Shown: piece after piece, positions 40,098 through 49,773 of the stretch
Layout of the letters: each line of letters opens with the position of its first letter
Position numbering within the stretch: the stretch's first letter is position 1
Origin: an uncultured Gemmatimonadaceae bacterium
GTDB taxonomy: Bacteria; Gemmatimonadota; Gemmatimonadetes; Gemmatimonadales; Gemmatimonadaceae
Direction of reading: 5' to 3'
Assembly (NCBI GenBank): GCA_963781585.1
Contig: CAWAGQ010000005.1
Coordinates: forward strand, 128,001 to 192,000
Length of the DNA: 64,000 nucleotides
Program-made: the position numbers and the translations under genes
Notes under the pieces: generated by a model
What the model was told of the DNA's origin: nothing
The model's input: the letters and a program-made list of their open reading frames with translations, nothing else
The model's database searches: none

Positions 40098-41271
40098 CTC
40101 TTGTCACGCGCCGGAACACTTCCCCGAGCCAAGCCACGTGGCGCCCCACGTCATGACGTTCACGAACCTGCGCCGCACGCTCGTCAGGCACTCCTGCCGC
40201 CAGCTGCCGTCCGGCGGCGACCTCGGCGAGACAGCCCGCCAGCGCGCCGGTATCTCCATTCGGAAAGAGCAGCCCGGTCACGCCGTTCTCCACGCTCTCG
40301 GCCAGCCCTCCGGTCGCGCTCGCAATGACCGGCACGCCGCGGACGATCGCCTCGAGGGCAGTCAGGCCCAGGGGCTCGGCCCATCGCGACGGTGCGACCA
40401 GAGCCCAGGCGTCGGCCAGCTGCGACTCCACCTGCTCGAAGGGAAGCCAACCCGTGAATTCCACCCCGTCACCCAGTCCGAGCGCCGCAGCCAACCCCTC
40501 CAGCGATGGCCGGAGTGGTCCATCACCCACCACGCGCAGCCGTATTCCCTGCACCTGCGCGCTTGCGCGCGACACCGCGTGCAGCAGGGTTTCCACGCCT
40601 TTCTCGCGCGCCAGTCGTCCCGTGAACACGAACAGGGGATCCCGCGCGGGGGCGCGGCGGAAGGTCGCCGACGGAGGCGCGATCGGCATCGGCGACCAGC
40701 TCGACTCGATGCCGGCATCGGCCAGCGCGTGTTGCATCCACCCGCTGCAGGTGACCACGGCTGCCGCTCGGTGCACTTCATGGCGTATGCGCGCATAACG
40801 AGGGCGGTCGCGCAGCCAGTGGGCCAGGGGGAAGCATCCGCCACGCCAGCACACGAGGCCGGCCGGTGACGTGCAGAGCGAGTCGTCAGGCAGGAGCTTG
40901 AGTCCGTTCGGACAGATCGGTTTGTAGTACAGGATACTGAGCACCGTGGGCACGGCGCCGGTCGCGGCCACCACCGACGGCGACAGGTGCATCTCGAACA
41001 TGGTCACGTGCACCACATCGGGCCTGAAGTCGGCCACCGCGCGTCGCATCGCGCGCGCTGCCGCCGGATTCGCGATCTGCAGCACGCTCTGCAGCACCGG
41101 ACTGCGTGAGCCCGGGGCGACGTAGTCGGCCACCGTCGCGCCGCTCCCCACGCTGCTGGTGAGCAGGCGTACCTCGTCGCCGGCAGCCTCCAGCCCTCGC
41201 ATCAGGAGCGTCACGTACGTCTCCACCCCCCCACCTTCGCCGCCCCAGTCGGTCGCGAACAGAATCCGCAT
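40075..41271 (-). CDS. Glycosyltransferase family 4
   Basis: GGVETYV, FTGRLAREKG and PSRWAEPLGLTALEA. Confidence 0.93.
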   Translation of the reverse strand: MRILFATDWGGEGGGVETYVTLLMRGLEAAGDEVRLLTSSVGSGATVADYVAPGSRSPVLQSVLQIANPAAARAMRRAVADFRPDVVHVTMFEMHLSPSVVAATGAVPTVLSILYYKPICPNGLKLLPDDSLCTSPAGLVCWRGGCFPLAHWLRDRPRYARIRHEVHRAAAVVTCSGWMQHALADAGIESSWSPMPIAPPSATFRRAPARDPLFVFTGRLAREKGVETLLHAVSRASAQVQGIRLRVVGDGPLRPSLEGLAAALGLGDGVEFTGWLPFEQVESQLADAWALVAPSRWAEPLGLTALEAIVRGVPVIASATGGLAESVENGVTGLLFPNGDTGALAGCLAEVAAGRQLAAGVPDERAAQVRERHDVGRHVAWLGEVFRRVTRATSPRSP

Positions 41272-42254
41272 CAATCGACGCCGGCGGCGCGCTCGGCGGC
41301 TGCGACAATCTCCAGGCTGCGCAGCCCGTCCTCGAACGTCGGCACCTCGACGTCCTGACCACGAATCCGGCGCACGAAGGCGTGAAACGCGTACCGCCAC
41401 GAAGGCTCGGTGCGGGGACGAATCAGCGCGCGAGCGCGCCAGGCCAGAATCGGAAGCGTCAGCGTCCGGGCGCGCGGTCCCCGCAGAACAAGCGAACGCG
41501 CGTATCGATCCACCCGCAGCGCGCCGCGGTCGCCGATCAATTCGATCCAGTCGGCGCGATCGGCGCGAAGCGAGACGACCGACGACGCCACACAGCCACC
41601 GTCGAGGTGAAGGCGCACCGATGCCGAATCGTGTTCCGTGATCTCCGAGCGAATCACCGCCTCCGCCCGGCACACTTCCGCACCCACGAGCCAGCGGACC
41701 AGGTCGAAGTGATGCGATCCAAGATCGAGCAGCACGCCACCACCCTGGTCGCGCCGCGCCTTCCACTCGGGAACCGGCGCGGGCTCCGAGAACTCGGAGC
41801 GCGCGGTGTGTACCTCACCGATCACCCCACTCCGGATCAACTCGCGGGCGCGGGCAATCAGCGGCTGGAATCGCCAGTTGAATCCGATCATCGTCACGCT
41901 CTTCGCGGCTCGCGCGGCTGCTGCCACCTGTCGACCCTGATCCAGCGTGGACGCGATCGGTTTCTCGAGATACAGGTGATGTCCACGCTGGAGCGTCGCC
42001 ATCGCGATTCCGGCGTGGAGGCCGCTAGGCGCCGCCACCACCACTGCATCCACGTCGTCGCGAGCCAGGAGACTCTCGGCATCGGCCAGAGCCGCAGCTT
42101 GTGGCACCATCCGCCGCGCGCGGTCGCGTGCATCGGACTCCGGATCGGCGATTGCCGTGACCCGCACGCCCGGCATGCCGCGGAGGACACGGAGATGGAC
42201 CGCGGTGACGATCGCGCCGCAGCCGATCACACCGACACGCAGCCGCGGCTCCAT
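41271..42254 (-). CDS. Gfo/Idh/MocA family oxidoreductase
   Basis: VGVIGCGAI, LEKPIA, GFNWRF and GGVLLDLGSHHFD. Confidence 0.94.
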   Translation of the reverse strand: MEPRLRVGVIGCGAIVTAVHLRVLRGMPGVRVTAIADPESDARDRARRMVPQAAALADAESLLARDDVDAVVVAAPSGLHAGIAMATLQRGHHLYLEKPIASTLDQGRQVAAAARAAKSVTMIGFNWRFQPLIARARELIRSGVIGEVHTARSEFSEPAPVPEWKARRDQGGGVLLDLGSHHFDLVRWLVGAEVCRAEAVIRSEITEHDSASVRLHLDGGCVASSVVSLRADRADWIELIGDRGALRVDRYARSLVLRGPRARTLTLPILAWRARALIRPRTEPSWRYAFHAFVRRIRGQDVEVPTFEDGLRSLEIVAAAERAAGVD

Positions 42255-43186
42255 CAGATATACCGCGATCGGTGCACTTCGTATTCCGCGAGCTGCAGCG
42301 CCGTCTTGCCGCCGCCGGCCAGGTACCCCGTGGCCTCGCCAGCGGCCGTTACCATCGCGCTGAGAAGAATGAGCGCCAGTGTTCCCGCGGGCGCTTGCGA
42401 TTTCTGGTACGCCCACTGGACCGAACGCAGCGGCTTGCCGGCGATCAGGACGGCGGCGATGGGCGTGGCGAGGAAATACAGCAGCCGGCGCGACGCGGAC
42501 CATCCTCGCGAGCGGGCCGTTCCCCAGAATCGCCCCGTCAGAAAGCGTTCCGGCAGCCAGCCGCGGAAAGTTGCAACATTGAGGTGCGCCAGACGTGCCC
42601 CGGGCTCGATGAGAAAGCGCCCGCCGCGGTCGTGAAGGTACGCATCAAGCCCGCTGCCGTAGTCGAGCATCTCTGCCAGGCGCTCCCCGAGATCCACCAG
42701 TGCCTGACGGCGGAAGCATCCGTTGTAGGTGGCGACGGTCTCGATCTCGGTGCGGACCGCCGGATCGATCCAGTGCCGGTAGGTCAACATCAGCAGCGCC
42801 CAGCTCATCGCCTTTGTCGGATTGCCGTTTTCGATCACCGGCATGACCACGGCGTAGTCGCCGCCGGCGTGCGCGGCGAGCAGCGCCTGGAGACAATCGG
42901 GCGCCGGATAGGAGTGGGTCTCACCGATGAAGACCAGAGGACACGAGGCCGCGCGGACACCTGCGGCGCGCGCTGGAGAGAGCGGCATGATCGCATCAAC
43001 CTCGACCACCCGGACTGCGCCCATTCCCGCGGTCTCCCGCGGGTCGAGCTCCAACTCCGATTCCGACCGGCAGACGATGACGAGCTCGATGGCTGGAGAG
43101 ATCGTCTGCGCCCGCACCGCACGCACCACGTCGCGGATCGTGGCGAAGGTGTCGGTCACCACGACGTACGAGACCTCGAGGCTCAC
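42254..43186 (-). CDS. Glycosyltransferase family 2-like protein
   Basis: VSYVVVT..ARAAGVRAASCPLVFIGETH; C-terminal hydrophobic segments. Confidence 0.82.
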   Translation of the reverse strand: MSLEVSYVVVTDTFATIRDVVRAVRAQTISPAIELVIVCRSESELELDPRETAGMGAVRVVEVDAIMPLSPARAAGVRAASCPLVFIGETHSYPAPDCLQALLAAHAGGDYAVVMPVIENGNPTKAMSWALLMLTYRHWIDPAVRTEIETVATYNGCFRRQALVDLGERLAEMLDYGSGLDAYLHDRGGRFLIEPGARLAHLNVATFRGWLPERFLTGRFWGTARSRGWSASRRLLYFLATPIAAVLIAGKPLRSVQWAYQKSQAPAGTLALILLSAMVTAAGEATGYLAGGGKTALQLAEYEVHRSRYI

Positions 43187-44112
43187 GCGTACCGCTCCTT
43201 ATGCAGCTCGTACTCGAGCATCCTCGCCTCGGCGTGGCCCTCTCCGGCCACGTATCCAGCCGCCTCGCCGATCGCCCAGAGGACGCTTCCGCCGGCCACG
43301 GCCACCAGCGTGCCCCTCGGGAGGCGGTTGTCGCTGCCGGCGAGCGTGACCGCCGGACGTGTCCTCGCGAAGCGGACCAGGGGAACGAGCGCCGACCCGC
43401 AGAAGTAGACCACTCTACGGGTGAGCGACCATTCCCGGCTTCGGTGCGACCCGAACAGCCGGCCGCCCCAATAGCGTTCGGCCGCCCACGCGATCCAGGG
43501 CGCGACATTCAGGTGCGCCACACGCGCGTTAGGCACGTGACAGAACCGCGCGCCCCGCGCGGCCAGCGCTGCATCCAGCGGCCCGCCCGGCTCCAGCATG
43601 TGCGCGAGCCCGTCGCCCGCGCTCAGCAGGACGTCGCGCTTCCAGCAGGCGTTGTAGGCCGGAGGCTCGGCAATCCGGCCCGCCGGACGCTCGGCGAGGA
43701 AGCGACCGTAATCCATGACCAGGCCACTCCAGCTGCGTGCGGTCCGCGGATTCCCGTTTGCCATGCCGGGCGCCACCGCGTCCCACGGGCCGTCGTGGGC
43801 CGCAAGCAGCTGCTCGGCCCACGAAGGCGCCGGGAACGCATGCGTCTCGCCGAGGACCACGACTGGCGCGCGCGCCGCGCGAACGCCCGCTGCCCGGGCC
43901 ACGCCCATCGGCACGAGCGGGCTCTCCACCACGGTAATGCCCGAAAGCGCATCTGCCGTGTCAGCCGGCACCTGGCAGTTCGTCGCCGACGGGCACACCG
44001 CCACCAGCTCGATCTCACGCGCCAGCGTCTGGGCGCACAGATGGCTCGTCACGCGACGGATGGTCGCGTAGTCGTCGGTGAGAATGACGATCGAGAGTCG
44101 GGGGGCAGGCAT
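43183..44112 (-). CDS. Glycosyltransferase family 2-like protein (paralogue of the downstream gene)
   Basis: LSIVIL..ARAAGVRAARAPVVVLGETH; shared HLNV and EYE.H motifs. Confidence 0.82.
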   Translation of the reverse strand: MPAPRLSIVILTDDYATIRRVTSHLCAQTLAREIELVAVCPSATNCQVPADTADALSGITVVESPLVPMGVARAAGVRAARAPVVVLGETHAFPAPSWAEQLLAAHDGPWDAVAPGMANGNPRTARSWSGLVMDYGRFLAERPAGRIAEPPAYNACWKRDVLLSAGDGLAHMLEPGGPLDAALAARGARFCHVPNARVAHLNVAPWIAWAAERYWGGRLFGSHRSREWSLTRRVVYFCGSALVPLVRFARTRPAVTLAGSDNRLPRGTLVAVAGGSVLWAIGEAAGYVAGEGHAEARMLEYELHKERYA

Positions 44113-44130
44113 GGGCGAGAGGAGGGCAAA

Positions 44131-44228
44131 GGCCAAAGGCCAAAGGCCAAAGGCCAAAGGCCAAAGGCCAAAGGCCAAAGGCCAAAGGCCAAAGGCCAAA
44201 GGCCAAAGGCCAAAGGCCAAAGGCCAAA
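44131..44228. repeat. Perfect (GGCCAAA)x14 tandem repeat
   Basis: Counted directly; 18 bp upstream of the GT operon start. Confidence 0.98.
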
Positions 44229-44467
44229 GCAGGTCGGAAGATGTGCCAGACTATGGCATTGCCGCCACTTGGCTAGCTACGGAATGCCGCGAAAGGCCAG
44301 GCTTGACGTGCGCCATGGTCATCGCCGGCCCCGCCGGTCCCTTCGGAAACGCAAAGATCGTGCGCACCGTGCCTGACTCGCGGTAGCCGGGCGGTCAGGC
44401 GTCACCTGTTTGCCTTGGGAACTGACTGGGATCGCGCTCCGCACCCCCGACCACGACCTTCCAGGCC

Positions 44468-44872
44468 TTACAGCAGCAACAGGCCGCGCCTCACACCCGT
44501 CGCTACCGCCTCCGCCCGTGACGACACCTCGAGCTTCTCGAAGAGCATCTCCAGGTGCGTCTTCACCGTGTTCGCGGAGATGCCGAGTCGCGCTGCGATC
44601 TGCTTGTTCCCGAGTCCCTCGGCCAGGTAGCCGAGAATCTCGCGCTCCCGATTGGTCAGCACCGTTCCCACGATCGTGTCGGCGCGGGGACGCGCGGTCA
44701 CGAGCCGCTGATCATCGGGCGTGTGCGCCACGAGAACGACATCGGTCGTCTCTGGCACATCCTGCTCGGAGGCGACGGCGTCCACCACGTCAAAGGCGGT
44801 ATCGGCCCGAAGTGCGGCCGCCAGCTGCGCACGCAGCCTGTCGGACGAGGCGACGACCACGACCCGCGTCAC
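44468..44872 (-). CDS. LuxR-family regulator with short vestigial receiver
   Basis: LTNREREIL..GLGNKQIAARLGISANTVKTHL..KLEVSSRAEAV. Confidence 0.92.
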   Translation of the reverse strand: MTRVVVVASSDRLRAQLAAALRADTAFDVVDAVASEQDVPETTDVVLVAHTPDDQRLVTARPRADTIVGTVLTNREREILGYLAEGLGNKQIAARLGISANTVKTHLEMLFEKLEVSSRAEAVATGVRRGLLLL

Positions 44873-44887
44873 GGGCAGGCCCGCTCG

Positions 44888-45487
44888 TTATGCAGCCCGC
44901 CGTGACAGCGCGCGTTCCACGAACCGCCGCACCAGCCCGGCTGGAACGGCCACACCCAGGCCATTGACCACCATGCTGTTGACGCCCACCAGCCGCCCTT
45001 CGGCGTCCACCAGGGGGCCACCGGAGTTGCCCGGCGCCAGACGCACGTCGGCCACCACCCAGCGCGGTTCGTCGGTCCGTGGGTCTCGCGCGACCGCGTG
45101 CACCACGCCCATCGCGAGTGCATCGGGGATCCCGAGCGGATGTCCGTGGGCGAACACCAGCTCGCCCACCCGCAACGAGGCCGGGTCCCGGATCTCGAGC
45201 AGAGGCCCGGCCACCGACGGCGCCGCGAGCAGGGCAAGATCATGATCCGGATGGTACGCGAGCGCGGTGGCGTCGCGCCACGTGGTGCCGGCCCGCACCG
45301 CGAGGCGAGTCCAGCGCGGCACGCAGTGGGCATTCGTCACGACCAGGCCGGCGCCGCCCCAGATGATCCCCGTGCCGCTGCCGGTGTCGCCGCTTCGAAC
45401 CTCCGCCACCGCCTGCCGCAGGAGTTCGCTCAGCCCAACGAGGCCGGAACCCACCGCGCGTGCCGGACCTGCCGGAGACGGGATCAT
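44888..45487 (-). CDS. Trypsin-like (S1C) serine protease without PDZ
   Basis: TNAH, HDLAL and GNSGGPL triad motifs. Confidence 0.92.
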   Translation of the reverse strand: MIPSPAGPARAVGSGLVGLSELLRQAVAEVRSGDTGSGTGIIWGGAGLVVTNAHCVPRWTRLAVRAGTTWRDATALAYHPDHDLALLAAPSVAGPLLEIRDPASLRVGELVFAHGHPLGIPDALAMGVVHAVARDPRTDEPRWVVADVRLAPGNSGGPLVDAEGRLVGVNSMVVNGLGVAVPAGLVRRFVERALSRRAA

Positions 45488-46434
45488 GTCCGCACCCCGC
45501 GGTCCACTGGCGCGATCGACAGCTGCTTCATCGCGCCCCCACGCAGCACCTTGAGCTCCACATCCGTCTCGGGCGTCACACCGGCGAGCACGTCGAGCAG
45601 GTCGGTGGGATGGCGCAAAACGTGTCCATTTGCCTCGAGCAGGGCATCGCCCACGAACAGCCCCCCGCGTTCGGCTGGAGATCCGTCGCCGACCGACAGG
45701 ATCAGCAGGGCGGTGTCGTTCGCGAGCTGATGCTGCCTGACGAGGGCTGACGGAAGCATCACGGGCTGGACCGCGACCCCGATGAACGGGCGCCGTACGT
45801 GCCCCCGCTCGAGGAGTTCGTCGATCACGCTATCGACGGCGACCGCCGGTAACGCCATGGGCATGCCGCGTCCCAGGGCGGAGTTGTCGATGCCGAGCCG
45901 CGCGCCGCCGGCATCCAACAACGGCCCGCCGGAGAATCCGTCGTAGATGGCGAGGTCGAGCCGTAGCACCTTGTCGATCCGGGCACCGCCGCCGCCACCC
46001 TGCCACGTCCGCCACCCTTCGCGAATGGCGCTGATGATGCCGAAGCTCGCCGTGACGTCGCGGCCCGGCCGGCCCGCGGCGATCACCAGCGCGCCCACCC
46101 GTGCGGTGTCATCGCCGGCCGCAGGCGCGGCCAGGGGCTTCGCGCTCCCCGTCGCGATGCGGAGTGCGATCAGGTCAGTCGCAGCGTCCCGGCCGATGAC
46201 CGTCGCCGCGGTGGACTCGCCATCGGGAAGCGTGATGGCGATGTCGTCATCCTTGCGAACCGTATGGCTCGCACTCACGATCACGCCGTCCCGCCAGACG
46301 ATCCCGCTGGAGGGAATGCGGCGGCGTGCATGGATGGCGACGATGGAGCTGGATGCACTCTGTACCGCGTCAGCCAGCTCAGTGGAGAGCTGGCTGAGCG
46401 TGCTCCCGGTCTTTCCGATCTTCGATGGTGTCAT
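45484..46434 (-). CDS. S1C-like serine protease with PDZ domain
   Basis: SASH, TDLIAL and GFSGGPL; GSPAERGGLFVGD PDZ. Confidence 0.9.
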   Translation of the reverse strand: MTPSKIGKTGSTLSQLSTELADAVQSASSSIVAIHARRRIPSSGIVWRDGVIVSASHTVRKDDDIAITLPDGESTAATVIGRDAATDLIALRIATGSAKPLAAPAAGDDTARVGALVIAAGRPGRDVTASFGIISAIREGWRTWQGGGGGARIDKVLRLDLAIYDGFSGGPLLDAGGARLGIDNSALGRGMPMALPAVAVDSVIDELLERGHVRRPFIGVAVQPVMLPSALVRQHQLANDTALLILSVGDGSPAERGGLFVGDALLEANGHVLRHPTDLLDVLAGVTPETDVELKVLRGGAMKQLSIAPVDRGVRT

Positions 46435-46512
46435 GTCTATCCCGCTGTGCAATCGGTGTGCATGCACTCAAGCACACTCGCGGCATCGACACCATCGGAT
46501 AAATGGGGGAGT

Positions 46513-46574
46513 AGAGGTCAGAGGCCAGAGGCCAGAGGTCAGAGGCCAGAGGTCAGAGGCCAGAGGTCAGAGGC
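46513..46574. repeat. Heptamer tandem array (GAGGTCA/GAGGCCA)n
   Basis: Read directly. Confidence 0.93.
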
Positions 46575-46737
46575 AACACGTATCCGGACAGCAGAGATGG
46601 TCCTCTGCGCGCGCTCGGAATCGGCGTGGCGGAGGCCCCGCGGCATTGCTGCGACCGGTTCATTCGCGGTCTCGTCAGGCAATGCGAGGCCGGCGGAGCT
46701 ACTCAACAGAGCGGCACCGCCGGCGTATCCGTTTTCA

Positions 46738-46770
46738 ATCCGCGCGGCCCGTGCAGCGGGCCGACGCGGA
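46738..46770. terminator. Hairpin downstream of the DinB-like gene
   Basis: tccgcgcggcccg-tgcag-cgggccgacgcgga. Confidence 0.45.
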
Positions 46771-46783
46771 ATCCCGGATTCGA

Positions 46784-47308
46784 CTACGGCTTCTTCGCCG
46801 TTGGCGGGAGCTCGCCGTTCAGCCGCAGGTAGATTGCGGCCTGGCTGTAGTGGTCGGCCCAGTCGGCGGTGACCATCGTCATGACCGCCGCGCGCGACAT
46901 CGTCCTGCCGAACATCGGCAGCTCCTCGGCGAGTTTGGAGTCGTCCAGCTTCGACAGCGCCTGATCGCAGAACTGGAACGTCTCCTTCAACCGGGCCACG
47001 AGGACGTCCTTGCTGTCAGTCGGCGCGACCTTCGTGCGCGTCGGCGGCTTCATGCCCGTGAGCGTTCCGCAGAAGAGGTCGTTGCCTCCAGCCAGGTGTG
47101 CCACTACCTCGCCAAAGGTCATCTGGGCTTCGGTCGGTTTGAATCCGTACTTGTCGGCCGGCATGGTTTCGGCCGCCGCGACAAGCTTCTTCTCGTTTTG
47201 CATGGCGTCGTTGCGGAACGCCTGCGCTACGGGCGAGGATGGCTGGGCTAGGGTGAGCGAGGGGATGAGGGCCGTGGCGAGCACGGCGGTGTAGACGCGA
47301 ATGTGCAT
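46784..47308 (-). CDS. Exported DinB/YfiT-like protein
   Basis: Signal peptide; AETMPADKYGFKPT..TFGEVVAHLA..DHYSQAAIYLRLNG..PP. Confidence 0.88.
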   Translation of the reverse strand: MHIRVYTAVLATALIPSLTLAQPSSPVAQAFRNDAMQNEKKLVAAAETMPADKYGFKPTEAQMTFGEVVAHLAGGNDLFCGTLTGMKPPTRTKVAPTDSKDVLVARLKETFQFCDQALSKLDDSKLAEELPMFGRTMSRAAVMTMVTADWADHYSQAAIYLRLNGELPPTAKKP

Positions 47309-47418
47309 GGGAGTGCTCGGGGTTAGTGATGCATGCATACTGTATTTGATTGGGCCCGGAGTCCAGACCGGCGTCGGCCGGCCAGTAGTGGGCGACCAGC
47401 GGAAATCAGGGTCTCAGG

Positions 47419-47483
47419 AAATTGGGGTTAGACTCGAATTTCCGACCTTACTGCAGAAAATTGGGGTCAGACTCGAATTTCCG
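47419..47483. repeat. Two direct REP-like copies of AAATTGGGGTYAGACTCGAATTTCCG
   Basis: Copies at 47419 and 47458. Confidence 0.85.
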
Positions 47484-47486
47484 AGC

Positions 47487-49190
47487 TTACTGCTTGACTC
47501 GCATGAACGGCATGTCGCGCATCCGTGATGCGCCGACGTGCAGCGTTGTCACGCGTCCCGAGGCGTCGCGGGTGAACCAGATCACGCGCCCGCCACCCTG
47601 GCGCGGACCGAAGTGATCGCGATACAGGGGGCGCAGCGGCAGCTTCGTGTCGGGACGCTGTTCGATCTCGAGTCCCCCATCCACGACGGCGACGGTGAAC
47701 GTCGCGTCGGCCTCGTCACTATGCCAGATGCCGGCGAACTCGGGCAGCTGCGACGCCGTCGGCGTCCACGGCGTCTCCGCCACGTAGTGATCGTCGCCAT
47801 CAGGGCGGTAACGCGTTGCGCGGGCCGGCTGGCCGCCGACGGCGGGCTCAAATCGCCACCGGATCGGTCCCTGTGCGGCGACGAACTGACCGTCGCGGAG
47901 GGGATGCAGCGGGGCACCGGCGCGGAGCGACCCGCTTTCCATTGTGATCTGGATGGGCATGTGGGTGGCGACATCCTGCCACAGGCCCACCCACTTCTGA
48001 AGGTCCTGCGCCGGCAGCGACACGGTGTCGGGCGCCGGTGGTGCCGGCAACGGACCCGCGATTTCATCGACCAGTCGCATGGCGAGTTGTCCCGGATTCG
48101 GCGAGGGGGCGTTGCACATCACGGCGATCGACAGGGCGCGCCCCGGAAATCGGGTGAGAAACGTCGTGTATCCCGCGGTCGAGCCGCTGTGCGCTACCTG
48201 ACGCAGACCTTTGTAGGTCGTGACCGCCAGTCCCAGCGCGTAGGCGATCTGGCGTCCGTCGTTCAGCCGGCCCTGCCGCTCCAGCGAATCCACCAGCGCG
48301 CCGACGTTCTTGCCGCCCAGGCTGCGCGTGTCGAGCATGGCGTTCCACTTCAACCAGTCGCCCACCGTGGTGAGCAGACCGCCGTTGCCGTAGACGTTCA
48401 TGAACGGCATGTCGAGCTTCCACGCGCCCTGCCCGGCGCGCGTGTACGCCTGTGAACGTCCGGGGACCAGGGTCGTATAGTCCGTGCGCCATTGCGAGTG
48501 CGTCATGCCTAACGGCTTGAGGAACCGTTCGGCAGTGAATGCCGGCAGGCTCTGCTTCGAGACGCGTTCGACGATGGTTGACAGCAGCGTAAAGCCGCTG
48601 TTGGAGTACGAGTACTCGGCGCCGGGGGTGAAATCGAGCCCGCGCTGGTGCACGATCACGTCGAACGCCAGCGCCTGCGAGACCAGCCGGTCGCCACGCC
48701 CGTAGCCCGTGAGCGCGAGTACCGAGCCCCAGTCACGGATCCCGCTCGTGTGGTTGAGGAGATGACGGATGGTGAGCGGCGCGCCGTAGTCGGGAAGCTC
48801 GGGAATGTACTTCTTCACCGGATCGTCGAGCCGGAGCTTTCCCTCGAGCGCCAGGAGCACGATCGAAGCGGCCGTAAATTGCTTGGCCACCGATCCCGAC
48901 TCGAAGATCGTCTGCGGCGTGTTGGCGATGCCGAACTCGAGATCGGCCATCCCGAATGCCCGTTCATAGACCGGCCGATTGTCGTGCGCGATACCTACCG
49001 CGCACCCGGGGGCAGGCGCGGTCCCCGACGCCGAAGTGACCGCCGAGAGCACGTGATCGGCCCGAGCGGCGATCGTGGCGGAGTCGGGCATCTGCGACGT
49101 GGCCCGTCGCGACGGGATGCACGTGAACGTGATGGCCGCGACGGCCCCTATCGCGCGCGCGGTCCCTATTCTGTGTCTGGCAATTCGCAT
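47487..49190 (-). CDS. Serine hydrolase, class C beta-lactamase/PBP-like family
   Basis: SVAK (SxxK), LLNHTSG, YSYSN and HSGSTAG. Confidence 0.93.
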   Translation of the reverse strand: MRIARHRIGTARAIGAVAAITFTCIPSRRATSQMPDSATIAARADHVLSAVTSASGTAPAPGCAVGIAHDNRPVYERAFGMADLEFGIANTPQTIFESGSVAKQFTAASIVLLALEGKLRLDDPVKKYIPELPDYGAPLTIRHLLNHTSGIRDWGSVLALTGYGRGDRLVSQALAFDVIVHQRGLDFTPGAEYSYSNSGFTLLSTIVERVSKQSLPAFTAERFLKPLGMTHSQWRTDYTTLVPGRSQAYTRAGQGAWKLDMPFMNVYGNGGLLTTVGDWLKWNAMLDTRSLGGKNVGALVDSLERQGRLNDGRQIAYALGLAVTTYKGLRQVAHSGSTAGYTTFLTRFPGRALSIAVMCNAPSPNPGQLAMRLVDEIAGPLPAPPAPDTVSLPAQDLQKWVGLWQDVATHMPIQITMESGSLRAGAPLHPLRDGQFVAAQGPIRWRFEPAVGGQPARATRYRPDGDDHYVAETPWTPTASQLPEFAGIWHSDEADATFTVAVVDGGLEIEQRPDTKLPLRPLYRDHFGPRQGGGRVIWFTRDASGRVTTLHVGASRMRDMPFMRVKQ

Positions 49191-49773
49191 TTCACTCCCG
49201 TCGGTCCGTTCGGGGAAGTCAGAGGTGGCTCATTCAGATCCGGGACAGCCGTTCTCGCCTCGCAGTGGGCACGCCCATGCCGGCGTTCCGAGGCGACCCC
49301 AGCACTGACGCACTCGGAACTTAGGTGCCCGGCGCAACGGCGAAAGGAGGCGGCCCCCGGTACGAGCGTTCCGCGCGCGCCCGTGCCACGGAGCCCCGAC
49401 GCCAAGCCGCGATTCCAGCCGCGCAGGTGGTAGCCTGGCTCCGCGGCCCCTGACGTCGTGCGCGTTAGGCGAGCCGCCGCGTCCCATTGCCACGCCCGAG
49501 ACGCCCGAGCCTGCATGAATTTCGTGCAACCGGGCCCAGGGACATCCGGCTCCGCTGAGGCCGCGTAATCGCAGGCGACACGGGCACCTTCGCTCACGGG
49601 GCTGGCACGAATACCCGCTTGCCACGGCTCAGTGAAGACCGGGGATCATCCGGGTACTAGTTCCTGCGAGACACGGTGGTCACGCCGGCAGCCTGGCGGA
49701 CTTGTCATTGAGGGTTCGCTTCGCCCTGCGCGAAGCACCGGTCCCGAATTCCGACGCAAATCACGGAGGCACT

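Noticed and set aside
43183..44386. ORFs or N-terminal extensions reading MAFGLWPL.. or KAKGQRP.. (also at 21846-22046)
   Set aside because: These are translations of the heptamer repeats; the real GT2 start is 44112.
49603..49625. Sigma-54 promoter (TGGCACG..)
   Set aside because: The GG-to-GC spacing is 11 rather than 10 and there is no TTGC; a similar near-match around 35200-35217 has spacing 9.
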